The notes under the pieces: model-generated | What the model was told of the DNA's origin: nothing | What the model saw: the letters and a program-made list of their open reading frames with translations, nothing else | Databases searched by the model: none | Part shown: positions 26,472-35,380 of the stretch, piece by piece | How the letters are laid out: the number at the start of each line of letters is the position of its first letter | How positions within the stretch are numbered: the stretch's first letter is position 1 | Made by a program: the position numbers and the translations under genes | Assembly: GCA_944322585.1 (NCBI GenBank) | Contig: CALUPB010000002.1 | Coordinates: 4,729 to 68,728 of the forward strand | DNA length: 64,000 nt | Reading direction: 5' to 3' | From: an uncultured Bacteroidales bacterium | GTDB lineage: Bacteria; Bacteroidota; Bacteroidia; Bacteroidales; UBA932

Positions 26472-28493
26472 ATGAAAGACATACATTTCAACATAAAAGC
26501 CATATCCGGTATCGCTTCTGCATTCTGCCTTGCTTCCTGCAACTGGCTGGACGTATCACCGGAAAAGGTGGCGTCCTTCGACGATGCGATGAAAAACAAG
26601 CAGACCACTGAAAACTGGATTTACAGCTGTTACGGACCGATAGCCGAAACCTCCCCGATAACCTACCGCACAGGTTCTGCGGACGGAGGTATCGAATACT
26701 CTACCGATGAGTTCGTTCTGCCACAGACATACGGAGTAGGAGCCCAGACCCTGTCATACGATCAGGTCACTTCAAGTTCCGAAGTCAGTAACTTCTACTG
26801 GACCCGTATCTATGGAGCCATAGGACATATCAATCTATTCCTCAGGGAACTGGACAGACATTCTCCGTTAGGGGTGACGGATGACGACAGGGCGCTCTAC
26901 AAGGCACATACGAATTTTCTCAAAGCCTACTATTACTCCCTCGGGCTGAAACTCTTCGGTCCTGTACCTATCGTAAACGAATATATCGACGCCAATACTC
27001 CTGCCGAAGAATTCCCCGGCAGGTACCATTACGACTACGTAGTGAATGAAATTATCCGCCTGCTGGATGAGGCTGAAACTGTCCTTCCTCCCGGATACGC
27101 CCTCGATGAAACCTGGGGCAGGGCAAACGACACAGTCTGCGAAGCTCTAAAGGCAAGAGTCCTGCTTTACGCCGCATCTGACCTTTGGAACGGCTCATTC
27201 CCTTATCCTACCTGGAGCAACACAGGCTTCGAGACTCCCGGTTACGGGAAGGAGCTTGTAAGCCACGAGTTCGACATAACCAAATGGGAACGGGCGTACG
27301 ATGCCAACAGGAAAGCTCTTGAAACTGCCATCGCTAACGGACGAAGGCTCCTTACCATAGAAGATGCCAGGAAGTTTATGGAAGACCAGCAGATTTCCGC
27401 AGAAGACATATTCATTCCGGGCGTAGACCCCACGACTCCGGAAGGAAAGGAATTCATCGAGCGTACGATGCTGATGAGATATGTAGTATGTTCCGACGAG
27501 ACAATGGGCAACTACGAATACGTCTGGGGAAGTACCAGTGCAGGATATGCAGCGGAATACGCAGCGATGTGCGGACTGCCGCGCAACCTTGTCATGCTCA
27601 ATTCCGGTACAGAATATTCAGGTTGGAGTGCACTGTCCCCTACCCTGAACATCGTGGAATCATTCTACACCAGAAACGGAAGACTGCCTGCCGACGACCC
27701 TGATTTCATCGGCGAATCAGCATGGCTGGAAAGGGCCGGAATAGAGGGCCACGAGAACATCATAAACCTGAACACAGGCAGGGAACCGAGATTTTATGCA
27801 TGGATTACATTCGACGACTGCGAACTCGGCCCGTTTATGAGAGACGGCGAGCCTCTGAATGTCAATTTTCTCAGCAAAGACGCACAGGGATACAGCAGCG
27901 CCGTACCGAGAGACAACTGCCAGACAGGATATCTTTCAAACAAATATACTGCTCCTGCAGTGCGTATGACGCCCAACACTCCAAGCTCACTCGAAGATTC
28001 CGGACATCCTCTTGCCGTCAACCGCTATCCCGAGCCGTTCATAAGACTGGCCGAACTTTACCTCAACATAGCTGAATGCTGTGCTGAACTCTACCTTCAC
28101 AAGGGAGATGCGGCCATGCTTACAGAAGCCATCGAGAACCTTAATGTCATCCGGAAGCGGGCAGGCATACCTGAACTTGACGAGTCAGACTGCACGGCAG
28201 AAATGACCATCCTCGACTGGGTCAGGGCCGAAAGGACAGTAGAACTGTTCGGAGAAGGGCACCGTTTCTATGACTTGCGCCGTTGGATGATTGCTCCGGA
28301 AAAACTCGCGACAGGAGTCCGGAAAGGTCTTGACAGTTTCGAAAGCAAGATAGAAAACCCTACTTTCGAGCAGTTCAACAGAGAAGTGACAGTCAACCAG
28401 CCATTCTCCTGGAGTAACAGGATGTATATGCTTCCCATCAGCATGCACGAAGTATATTCCGATCCCCAGCTCGTACAGGCTCCTGGATACTGA
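26472..28493 (+). CDS. susD: RagB/SusD family lipoprotein
   Basis: Lipobox (LASC-NWLDVSP); ALKARVLLYAAS, IRLAELYLNIAE, ERTVELFGEGHRFYDLRRW, QAPGY. Confidence 0.95.
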   Translation: MKDIHFNIKAISGIASAFCLASCNWLDVSPEKVASFDDAMKNKQTTENWIYSCYGPIAETSPITYRTGSADGGIEYSTDEFVLPQTYGVGAQTLSYDQVTSSSEVSNFYWTRIYGAIGHINLFLRELDRHSPLGVTDDDRALYKAHTNFLKAYYYSLGLKLFGPVPIVNEYIDANTPAEEFPGRYHYDYVVNEIIRLLDEAETVLPPGYALDETWGRANDTVCEALKARVLLYAASDLWNGSFPYPTWSNTGFETPGYGKELVSHEFDITKWERAYDANRKALETAIANGRRLLTIEDARKFMEDQQISAEDIFIPGVDPTTPEGKEFIERTMLMRYVVCSDETMGNYEYVWGSTSAGYAAEYAAMCGLPRNLVMLNSGTEYSGWSALSPTLNIVESFYTRNGRLPADDPDFIGESAWLERAGIEGHENIINLNTGREPRFYAWITFDDCELGPFMRDGEPLNVNFLSKDAQGYSSAVPRDNCQTGYLSNKYTAPAVRMTPNTPSSLEDSGHPLAVNRYPEPFIRLAELYLNIAECCAELYLHKGDAAMLTEAIENLNVIRKRAGIPELDESDCTAEMTILDWVRAERTVELFGEGHRFYDLRRWMIAPEKLATGVRKGLDSFESKIENPTFEQFNREVTVNQPFSWSNRMYMLPISMHEVYSDPQLVQAPGY

Positions 28494-28529
28494 CAAGAAT
28501 CCGCTGATATCTCAAAATAGGAATACGAC

Positions 28530-29918
28530 ATGAAACATAATATGAAAATACCTGTAATTGCAGCCGCCGTTATGGAGCTGCTTACGGTCACGGGATGCGA
28601 CAACAGCCAGTACAGACTGGAAAACCTGTACCCTGAAGAGTACCATAAGATAATTTCTTTTCAGGATGATGCGGTCAGCACGGACATAATGAAAATCTAT
28701 GACATAAACATAGATATCACCGAGACCGTCACACTGCTCAGAGGAGGAAGCGACCCTTCCTTGAAAGCCGTTGCCAGACTGCGGCCGATGACTGCCGAAG
28801 AAGCGGAAACCTATCTGACAAGCGGGACAGCACTCGACCCGCAATACTATTCAATCCGGACTCCGGAAATAGTCCTTGAACCTGAGGAAAGGTACAAGAG
28901 CGTGGAGATCGTATTCAGTGCTGAAAACATAGCCGGCATCAGGGACGCGATGTCGTCGGCTTCCGGAACACCGTTCTGTCTCGCCCTCATGCTCGACGGT
29001 CTGGACGGTACTTCCGTCAATGCGGACAAAAGCTATTTCGTGAGGGAAATCGAACTCGGGAAACCTGAAATAACCGTTACCGGAAGCTCTCTGACAGACA
29101 ATCCTGACTCATGGAGCACGGACCTCTCCGCAATGATGGACGGAGACAATATCTGGGATTTCAGCTGCAGGCTGCTCCGGGATGACTCATATATCGAAAA
29201 TTACAACTACAGTACCGGAGGGAACTACAATGCCCTGCCTGAAGGGACAAAAGTAAACTTCTCCGGCAACGGACAGCTCGATTTCATCAGCGGGAACCAC
29301 TTTTCACAGAACAGCGTAACTCTGACAGTATCCAAAGAAGGATTCGACTTCGACAATGCACCGTATGTCCTTCCGGTCGTCCTGAATATGGGAGAACTGG
29401 ATTTCGAAATGGCGAACCCGTATTACATGGTTATTGAAGGCGTAATTACCCTTACCGAAGACATGCTTTCCTGCCCTTTCGACCTGAGCGGCTATGACGG
29501 ACAGGGTCTGGCAGGCCTGATTGACGGGAATCTCTATGACACATACTGGCACACTCCTTACAATGACGATGCAGGAGGATACTATTTCAATGAAGACTAT
29601 GGACATTATTTCGACATCGATCTCGGGAAAGAAGTATCGAAAATAAAATGCAGGTACTACAACAGACCGGGACAGGAATCAAACTGGCCGAAAGACATAG
29701 AACTATATATCGGCAATGACGGAGAGAACTGGACACTGCTCGGCTCCCGGACAGACATCCCGGTCGAAGACCAGACAGTGGAACTCGGTCCTTTCGATTC
29801 TGAAGAGCCGTTCAGTTATCTGCGTATAAGCATAAAGAAAAACCAGCAGGATCTCAGACCGGGAGTGGACGACGGCGCATGCTCGCACATGTGTGAATTC
29901 CAGCTTTTCGGGATCTGA
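28530..29918 (+). CDS. DUF1735 lipoprotein with C-terminal F5/8 type C (discoidin/CBM32-like) domain
   Basis: Lipobox (VTGC); DUF1735-like Ig domains; C-terminal LIDGNLYDTYWH...FDIDLG...YYNR...MCEFQLFG. Confidence 0.8.
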   Translation: MKHNMKIPVIAAAVMELLTVTGCDNSQYRLENLYPEEYHKIISFQDDAVSTDIMKIYDINIDITETVTLLRGGSDPSLKAVARLRPMTAEEAETYLTSGTALDPQYYSIRTPEIVLEPEERYKSVEIVFSAENIAGIRDAMSSASGTPFCLALMLDGLDGTSVNADKSYFVREIELGKPEITVTGSSLTDNPDSWSTDLSAMMDGDNIWDFSCRLLRDDSYIENYNYSTGGNYNALPEGTKVNFSGNGQLDFISGNHFSQNSVTLTVSKEGFDFDNAPYVLPVVLNMGELDFEMANPYYMVIEGVITLTEDMLSCPFDLSGYDGQGLAGLIDGNLYDTYWHTPYNDDAGGYYFNEDYGHYFDIDLGKEVSKIKCRYYNRPGQESNWPKDIELYIGNDGENWTLLGSRTDIPVEDQTVELGPFDSEEPFSYLRISIKKNQQDLRPGVDDGACSHMCEFQLFGI

Positions 29919-29946
29919 CCGGACCCTTTTGTCAAACACCGATACA

Positions 29947-32058
29947 ATGAAAAATACAATTCTCTTCCTGACAGTTCTCTCTGCTGTCGTCTCCGGGTTG
30001 GAAGTTTCAGCCAGGAATGCCGACGGATCCAGATGGCATATAATAGATGGAGGCTACTCCATCCGATGGGATATACGGGACGACATTCCGCACTACGACC
30101 ACATCGAAATGAGCGGCGAGCAGGTGTCCGTAGTCTATTATTACGGAGTCAATGAGGACGGCTCATTCTCCATGGAGCGGTCGGTGATATGGCCCATGCT
30201 GCGCACCGTTCCCAATGACACACATGCAAGCCTCACTGTCCGGTTCGGGAGGGATTTCCTGTCGGGAATGACAGTGGACGGGAAACCGCTTGAAGACGAA
30301 AAAGTCGAATCCATCACTTTCGACGGGCTGCTGCACGCGGAATGCACATACGGCAATGCCGACGTAAAGGTAACGTCATGCTACTTCCCGTCCACGACAA
30401 GGGCTGCCGTCTGTGAGGAATATACGGTAACGAACACCGGAGACAAGACAGTGACCGTCTTTGTCCCTGCCGTCAGAAATGTCACTTCGACCGATCCCGA
30501 TGCAGGGACTGAAGGGAGCTATACACTGATAGAGGCTACCGGACACTTAAAGGACAGGACATACAGCATCGCTCCAGGGAAGAGCATTGTTTTCGGCGCC
30601 AGCATCAAGGGACTGAAAACACCGCAGGTGGAGATCCCGACAGACTCCGGGAAAGAAAAAGCGGAAAGGGAGAAGTTTGTGGAAATGATATGCAATGGCC
30701 TCGTACTCGACAGTCCGGATCCCGTACTGAACACGATGTTCGGATTCGCGAAGATCCGCGGGGCGGAAAGCATTTTCCGAACAAGAGGAGGACTTATGCA
30801 GTGTCCCGGAGGAGAGGCATACTATGCGGCAATCTGGTGCAATGACCAGGCAGAGTACATCAACCCGTTTTTCCCTTTTCTCGGATACGACAGGGGAAAC
30901 GAGTCCGCAATCACCAGTTTCATGCATTTCGCCAGATACATGAATCCCGAATTCAACTATGTGCCGTGGTCAGTGATTGCCGAGGGCTATGATGCATTCG
31001 GCCAGTTCGACAGGGGCGATGCCGCCATGCTCGCCTACGGGGCTTCAAGGTATGCCCTCGCCTTGGGCGACATGGAGACTGCCGAAGCACTGATGCCGCT
31101 CATTGACTGGAGTCTGGAATACTGCCGCCGCAAAATCAACGGAGACGGGGTAGTGGCTTCCACTGCCGATGAACTGGAGCTGCGTTTCCCGGCCGGAGAC
31201 GCCAATCTGTGCACTTCATCGCTCTACTATGACGCCCTGAGATCCACGGCATGGCTTATAGAGACTATGGCAGAAGAATATGCTTCCGGCGGCGGGGCCC
31301 CGGATAACGGCACGGCCGCCGGCAATCCGGACAACGGAGGCATTGCAGGGCCAGGCGGAACAGAAGAGGCCGCAGCCAGGGCGGTCGACCTCAGGGCGCA
31401 GGCCGACACCCTCAGGAAAAACATCGAGAAGCACTTCGGTGCCGAGATGAACGGGTTCCATACCTACAGATATTTCGAAGGCAATGACGTACTGCGCTCC
31501 TGGATATGCATCCCTCTCGTCATGGACATATTCGACAGGAAAGAAGGCACGGTCCAGGCCCTGCTCTCCCCTGTCCTCTGGTCGGAAAACGGAGTCTATA
31601 CCGAGGCTGGTACGGATGTATTCTGGGACAGGGCCACACTCTACGCATTACGGGGCATCTATGCTGCCGGTTATCCGGATAAAGCGACAGAACATCTGGC
31701 TGCCTATTCACGTCACCGCCTGCTCGGCGACCATGTCCCTTATCCGGTAGAGGCATGGCCCGAGGGAAACCAGCGGCATCTTTCCACCGAAAACGCCCTC
31801 TATTGCAGGATATTCACCGAAGGCATCCTCGGCTTCCGTCCGACAGGTTTCAGGACATTCACCCTCCGTCCGCAGCTTCCTGACGGTTGGGATCACTTTA
31901 CCCTGCGCAACATACACGCCTGCTCCGACCGTCCGTACGACATCATTGTAAAGCGTTCAGGGAAACGGCTTTCCATAACCGTCCGGCAGGACGGCAGGAA
32001 CATCCTCCGCTACAATGTCACCGAAGGCAAGGCCATCGAAGTCTCCATGCCCGGATGA
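29947..32058 (+). CDS. Secreted six-hairpin (alpha/alpha)6 glycosidase-like protein, family not assigned
   Basis: Start MKNTILFL at 29947 with signal peptide; YYAAIWCNDQAEY, DRGDAAM, DELELRFPAG, SSLYYDAL, YPVEAWPEG; beta-sandwich ends. Confidence 0.7.
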   Translation: MKNTILFLTVLSAVVSGLEVSARNADGSRWHIIDGGYSIRWDIRDDIPHYDHIEMSGEQVSVVYYYGVNEDGSFSMERSVIWPMLRTVPNDTHASLTVRFGRDFLSGMTVDGKPLEDEKVESITFDGLLHAECTYGNADVKVTSCYFPSTTRAAVCEEYTVTNTGDKTVTVFVPAVRNVTSTDPDAGTEGSYTLIEATGHLKDRTYSIAPGKSIVFGASIKGLKTPQVEIPTDSGKEKAEREKFVEMICNGLVLDSPDPVLNTMFGFAKIRGAESIFRTRGGLMQCPGGEAYYAAIWCNDQAEYINPFFPFLGYDRGNESAITSFMHFARYMNPEFNYVPWSVIAEGYDAFGQFDRGDAAMLAYGASRYALALGDMETAEALMPLIDWSLEYCRRKINGDGVVASTADELELRFPAGDANLCTSSLYYDALRSTAWLIETMAEEYASGGGAPDNGTAAGNPDNGGIAGPGGTEEAAARAVDLRAQADTLRKNIEKHFGAEMNGFHTYRYFEGNDVLRSWICIPLVMDIFDRKEGTVQALLSPVLWSENGVYTEAGTDVFWDRATLYALRGIYAAGYPDKATEHLAAYSRHRLLGDHVPYPVEAWPEGNQRHLSTENALYCRIFTEGILGFRPTGFRTFTLRPQLPDGWDHFTLRNIHACSDRPYDIIVKRSGKRLSITVRQDGRNILRYNVTEGKAIEVSMPG

Positions 32059-32117
32059 AGACACATTCTTTTGCGGATTTCATCAGATCCCGGTAACGGA
32101 ACAGGCGATGCCGCCAA

Positions 32118-32160
32118 ACGAAGCGGGCCCGCAACCATAAGGTGCACGGGCCCGCTTCGT
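32118..32160. terminator. Probable bidirectional terminator between the convergent PULs
   Basis: Perfect 14-bp arms ACGAAGCGGGCCCG (32118-32131) and CGGGCCCGCTTCGT (32147-32160). Confidence 0.75.
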
Positions 32161-32180
32161 AAAGAGCATAAACGGAATGT

Positions 32181-34484
32181 TTATTTCACGGTAAGTACAG
32201 CGTAATCGGATACGGTACTGCTTCCGCCGATGAATATCCTGAATTCGCCTGGTTCGACGACCTTTTCAAGATCATGGTTGTAGAAGCCCAGCAGGTCTGC
32301 ATCCACAGGGAACTCCACCGTACAGCTTTCCCCAGCGTCAAGCTCCACTTTCCTGAATCCCTTGAGTTCCCGGACAGGCCTGGTGCTGGAAGCCACCATA
32401 TCCCGGATATACATCTGGACAATCTCCTTTCCCTTCCTGCTGCCGGTATTCCGGACCTCCACACTCGCAGTCACCTGCCCGTCCGAGCTCATTTCTGCAG
32501 AACTGAGAACAACGTCCCCGTACTCGAACGAAGTGTAGCTCAGTCCGTACCCGAAAGGATAAAGCGGGTCATTGTCCACATCCAGATAGTTGGAACGGAA
32601 TTTCTGGAACCATTTGCCTTTGTCGAGCGGCCGTCCTGTATTCTTGTGGGCATAGTACACCGGTATCTGCCCCACATTCTTCGGGAATGACATGGTAAGT
32701 TTCCCGCAAGGATTCACATCTCCGAACAGGACGTCCGCAACGGCATGCCCGGTCTCCGAACCGCCGAACCAGACATCGAGTATCGCCGGAACATTCTCAT
32801 CTTCCCAGCACAGTGTAAGCGGCCTGCCGTTGAAAAGGACAAGCACTACAGGCTTTCCCGTAGCGACCAGCGCCTTGAGCAATTTCCGCTGTACATCAGG
32901 AAGGCCTATGTCGGAACGGCTCGAGCACTCGCCGGACATCTCCGACGCTTCACCGAGAACAGCTACCACCACATCCGCCCTGGCTGCCGTCGCCAACGCC
33001 TCAGAAAGCAGCTGCGCGTCACTCCTGCCGTCGCGCGGAATCGTCCTGCCGAACATCGTGGCCCGTTCCTCGTATTCCCTGTCTCCTATAAGATTGCTTC
33101 CTTTTGCATACAGAAGCCTGACCTTGTCCCCGACACATTCCTTCAGCCCGTCCATTACCGACACACAGCTGTCAAGACGGGCTGCCACGCTCCATGTCCC
33201 GGCCATGTTGGACCGAGTATCGGCAAGAGGCCCTATCACGGCGACTGTCCCTCCTTTCCTGAGAGGGAGTACGGAATTCTCGTTTTTAAGGAGGACAAAG
33301 GATTCGGCCGCTATACGTCTCGCAGCAGCGCGATGGCTGTCGCAGAACACAAGATTTTCCACGTCTTCCGGCCGGCAGAACCTGTACGGGTCATCGAACA
33401 GACCCAACCGGTATTTGGCTTCAAGTATACGGCGGCACGCATTGTCGAGGACATCCATGGATATCTTCCCTTCCTCTATGCCCTTCCCCACATATTTGAA
33501 CAGCCCCTCGCTCACCATATCCATATCGAGTCCCGCCTCTATAGCCCGCAGGCTGACTGTCTCCATGTCACCGATCCCGTGGGCCACCATCTCCATGACC
33601 CCGGTATAGTCGGAAACCACAAATCCGTCAAAGCCCCATCTGTCTCTCAGGACATCCTGCATGAGCCATTTGTTGGCAGTGGCCGGAATGCCCTCCACTT
33701 CGTTGAAGGACATCATCACGCTGCCGGCTCCTGCATCCACAGCTGCCTTGTACGGTTCGAAATACTCGTTGAACATACGCTGACGGCTCATGTCGACGGT
33801 GTTGTAGTCCCTTCCGGCCTCAGAAGCCCCGTACAGGGCAAAATGCTTGACACAGGCCATCATCTGCCCGGGCTCCGTCAGTTGTGACTCTCTGTCGCTT
33901 CCCTGATAGCCGCGCACCATGGCCGCAGCTATGGCACTGCCAAGGAACGGATCTTCACCGCTTCCTTCCGCAATCCTGCCCCATCTCGGGTCCCTCGATA
34001 TGTCCACCATCGGACTGTATGTCCAGCATATCCCGTCCGCACTCGCCTCCGCCGCGGCTATCCTGGCGGATTCCTCGACGGCATCCATATCCCAGCTGCA
34101 TGAAAGTCCGAGAGGTATGGGGAATACCGTCTCATAACCGTGCACGACATCCATTCCGAAAAGCAACGGAATGCCCAGGCGGGATTCTTCGACCGCTATC
34201 CTCTGTATCTCACGTATCTTTTCATAACCCTTGATATTGAACAGCCCTCCGATCTCTCCCCTCCTTATCCTGTCGGCATCGGTGCTGCTTCGGGCCTCGC
34301 CTGTCGTTATCTCCCCGGCTGTCGGAAGATTGAGCTGTCCTATCTTCTCTTCGACAGTCATCCGGTCCATCAGTCCTGAAATGAATCTGTCCATCTCCCT
34401 GTCTGCATTCCCGCCGGGAACGGAAGTGCATGCCGCCGTAAAGGCCACGGCGGCACAAGCGAAAATAAATTTTCTGAAATCCAT
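32181..34484 (-). CDS. bglX: GH3 beta-glucosidase (BglX-like)
   Basis: Likely start MDFRKFIF at 34484; SRLGIPLLFGMDVVHG, RDPRWGR, CVKHF, nucleophile SDY, acid/base region MSGE, FN3 tail. Confidence 0.95.
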   Translation of the reverse strand: MDFRKFIFACAAVAFTAACTSVPGGNADREMDRFISGLMDRMTVEEKIGQLNLPTAGEITTGEARSSTDADRIRRGEIGGLFNIKGYEKIREIQRIAVEESRLGIPLLFGMDVVHGYETVFPIPLGLSCSWDMDAVEESARIAAAEASADGICWTYSPMVDISRDPRWGRIAEGSGEDPFLGSAIAAAMVRGYQGSDRESQLTEPGQMMACVKHFALYGASEAGRDYNTVDMSRQRMFNEYFEPYKAAVDAGAGSVMMSFNEVEGIPATANKWLMQDVLRDRWGFDGFVVSDYTGVMEMVAHGIGDMETVSLRAIEAGLDMDMVSEGLFKYVGKGIEEGKISMDVLDNACRRILEAKYRLGLFDDPYRFCRPEDVENLVFCDSHRAAARRIAAESFVLLKNENSVLPLRKGGTVAVIGPLADTRSNMAGTWSVAARLDSCVSVMDGLKECVGDKVRLLYAKGSNLIGDREYEERATMFGRTIPRDGRSDAQLLSEALATAARADVVVAVLGEASEMSGECSSRSDIGLPDVQRKLLKALVATGKPVVLVLFNGRPLTLCWEDENVPAILDVWFGGSETGHAVADVLFGDVNPCGKLTMSFPKNVGQIPVYYAHKNTGRPLDKGKWFQKFRSNYLDVDNDPLYPFGYGLSYTSFEYGDVVLSSAEMSSDGQVTASVEVRNTGSRKGKEIVQMYIRDMVASSTRPVRELKGFRKVELDAGESCTVEFPVDADLLGFYNHDLEKVVEPGEFRIFIGGSSTVSDYAVLTVK

Positions 34485-34561
34485 AAAACAATTATGGCTC
34501 ATCGTCCACATATCATTAAAGGGGCCGGACAGCATCACGGACACTGCCCGGCCCGGAAAAG

Positions 34562-35380
34562 CTATTCTTTAGGGACATAAATGGCAAATGCCGCCTTTAT
34601 CAGCTCATGCTGCCAGTCCTCCAGCTTCGGAGCATCCTTTACGGCAAGGTTGAATCCCCTGTAATTGAACTCTCCCCACCATGCATCATCCACGACCACA
34701 AGGTTCTGGGTGACATTGTCCGGACGCTTCACATCATCGGCTTCATTGAGGTTCACCCATCCGTCAGGCCTGTACTGGAAACCGCTCTTCACCACTATAA
34801 GGGACCCGTTAGGGATATCCTCCTTATCGAAGATAGGGGTCGCATCATAATTCTTCATCGTGAAATTCAGGTCTGAATTGCCTGCATCGGAATTATAATG
34901 CGCACCTTCGGTTATCACAAATTCAAGGCGGGTATAGTCTGCCGGATCATAGCCTGCATTCACTATAATCTCCTCGACTCCCGGCTTAGGGACGAAGATA
35001 CCGAATGAATATGACATGTCATCGTCTTCGGTAAGAGGCACCTTAGGATTCTTCGACAGGTTGAATCCCCTGAAGTTGAATTCTCCCCACCATGCCTCAT
35101 CGACTTCCACAACCTGTATCTGGACCTCTGCCGGACGGTTGCTGTTCGGCTGGTCGACAGCGACCCAGGCATCCGGTCTGTACTGGTATCCGGCCTTCTG
35201 CACTATGACGGAACCTACAGGTATATCGGATTTTTCGAAAACCTGTGTCGCGGCATAGATAGCCTGGTCGGTAAGTACGGTCGTATTACCGTTGCCGGAA
35301 TTGTAATAGCCAGGCTGCGTCAGCTTGAGGGTAAGCTGGGTATAGTCATCAGGATTATATCCTGCCGCCTCCAGAATACT
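34562..35380 (-). repeat. Intragenic tandem duplication (offset 411 bp)
   Basis: TTGAATCCCCTG...CTCCCCACCATGC at 34650 and 35061; protein motifs YRPDxW and WWGEFNxRGFNL each occur twice. Confidence 0.9.
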
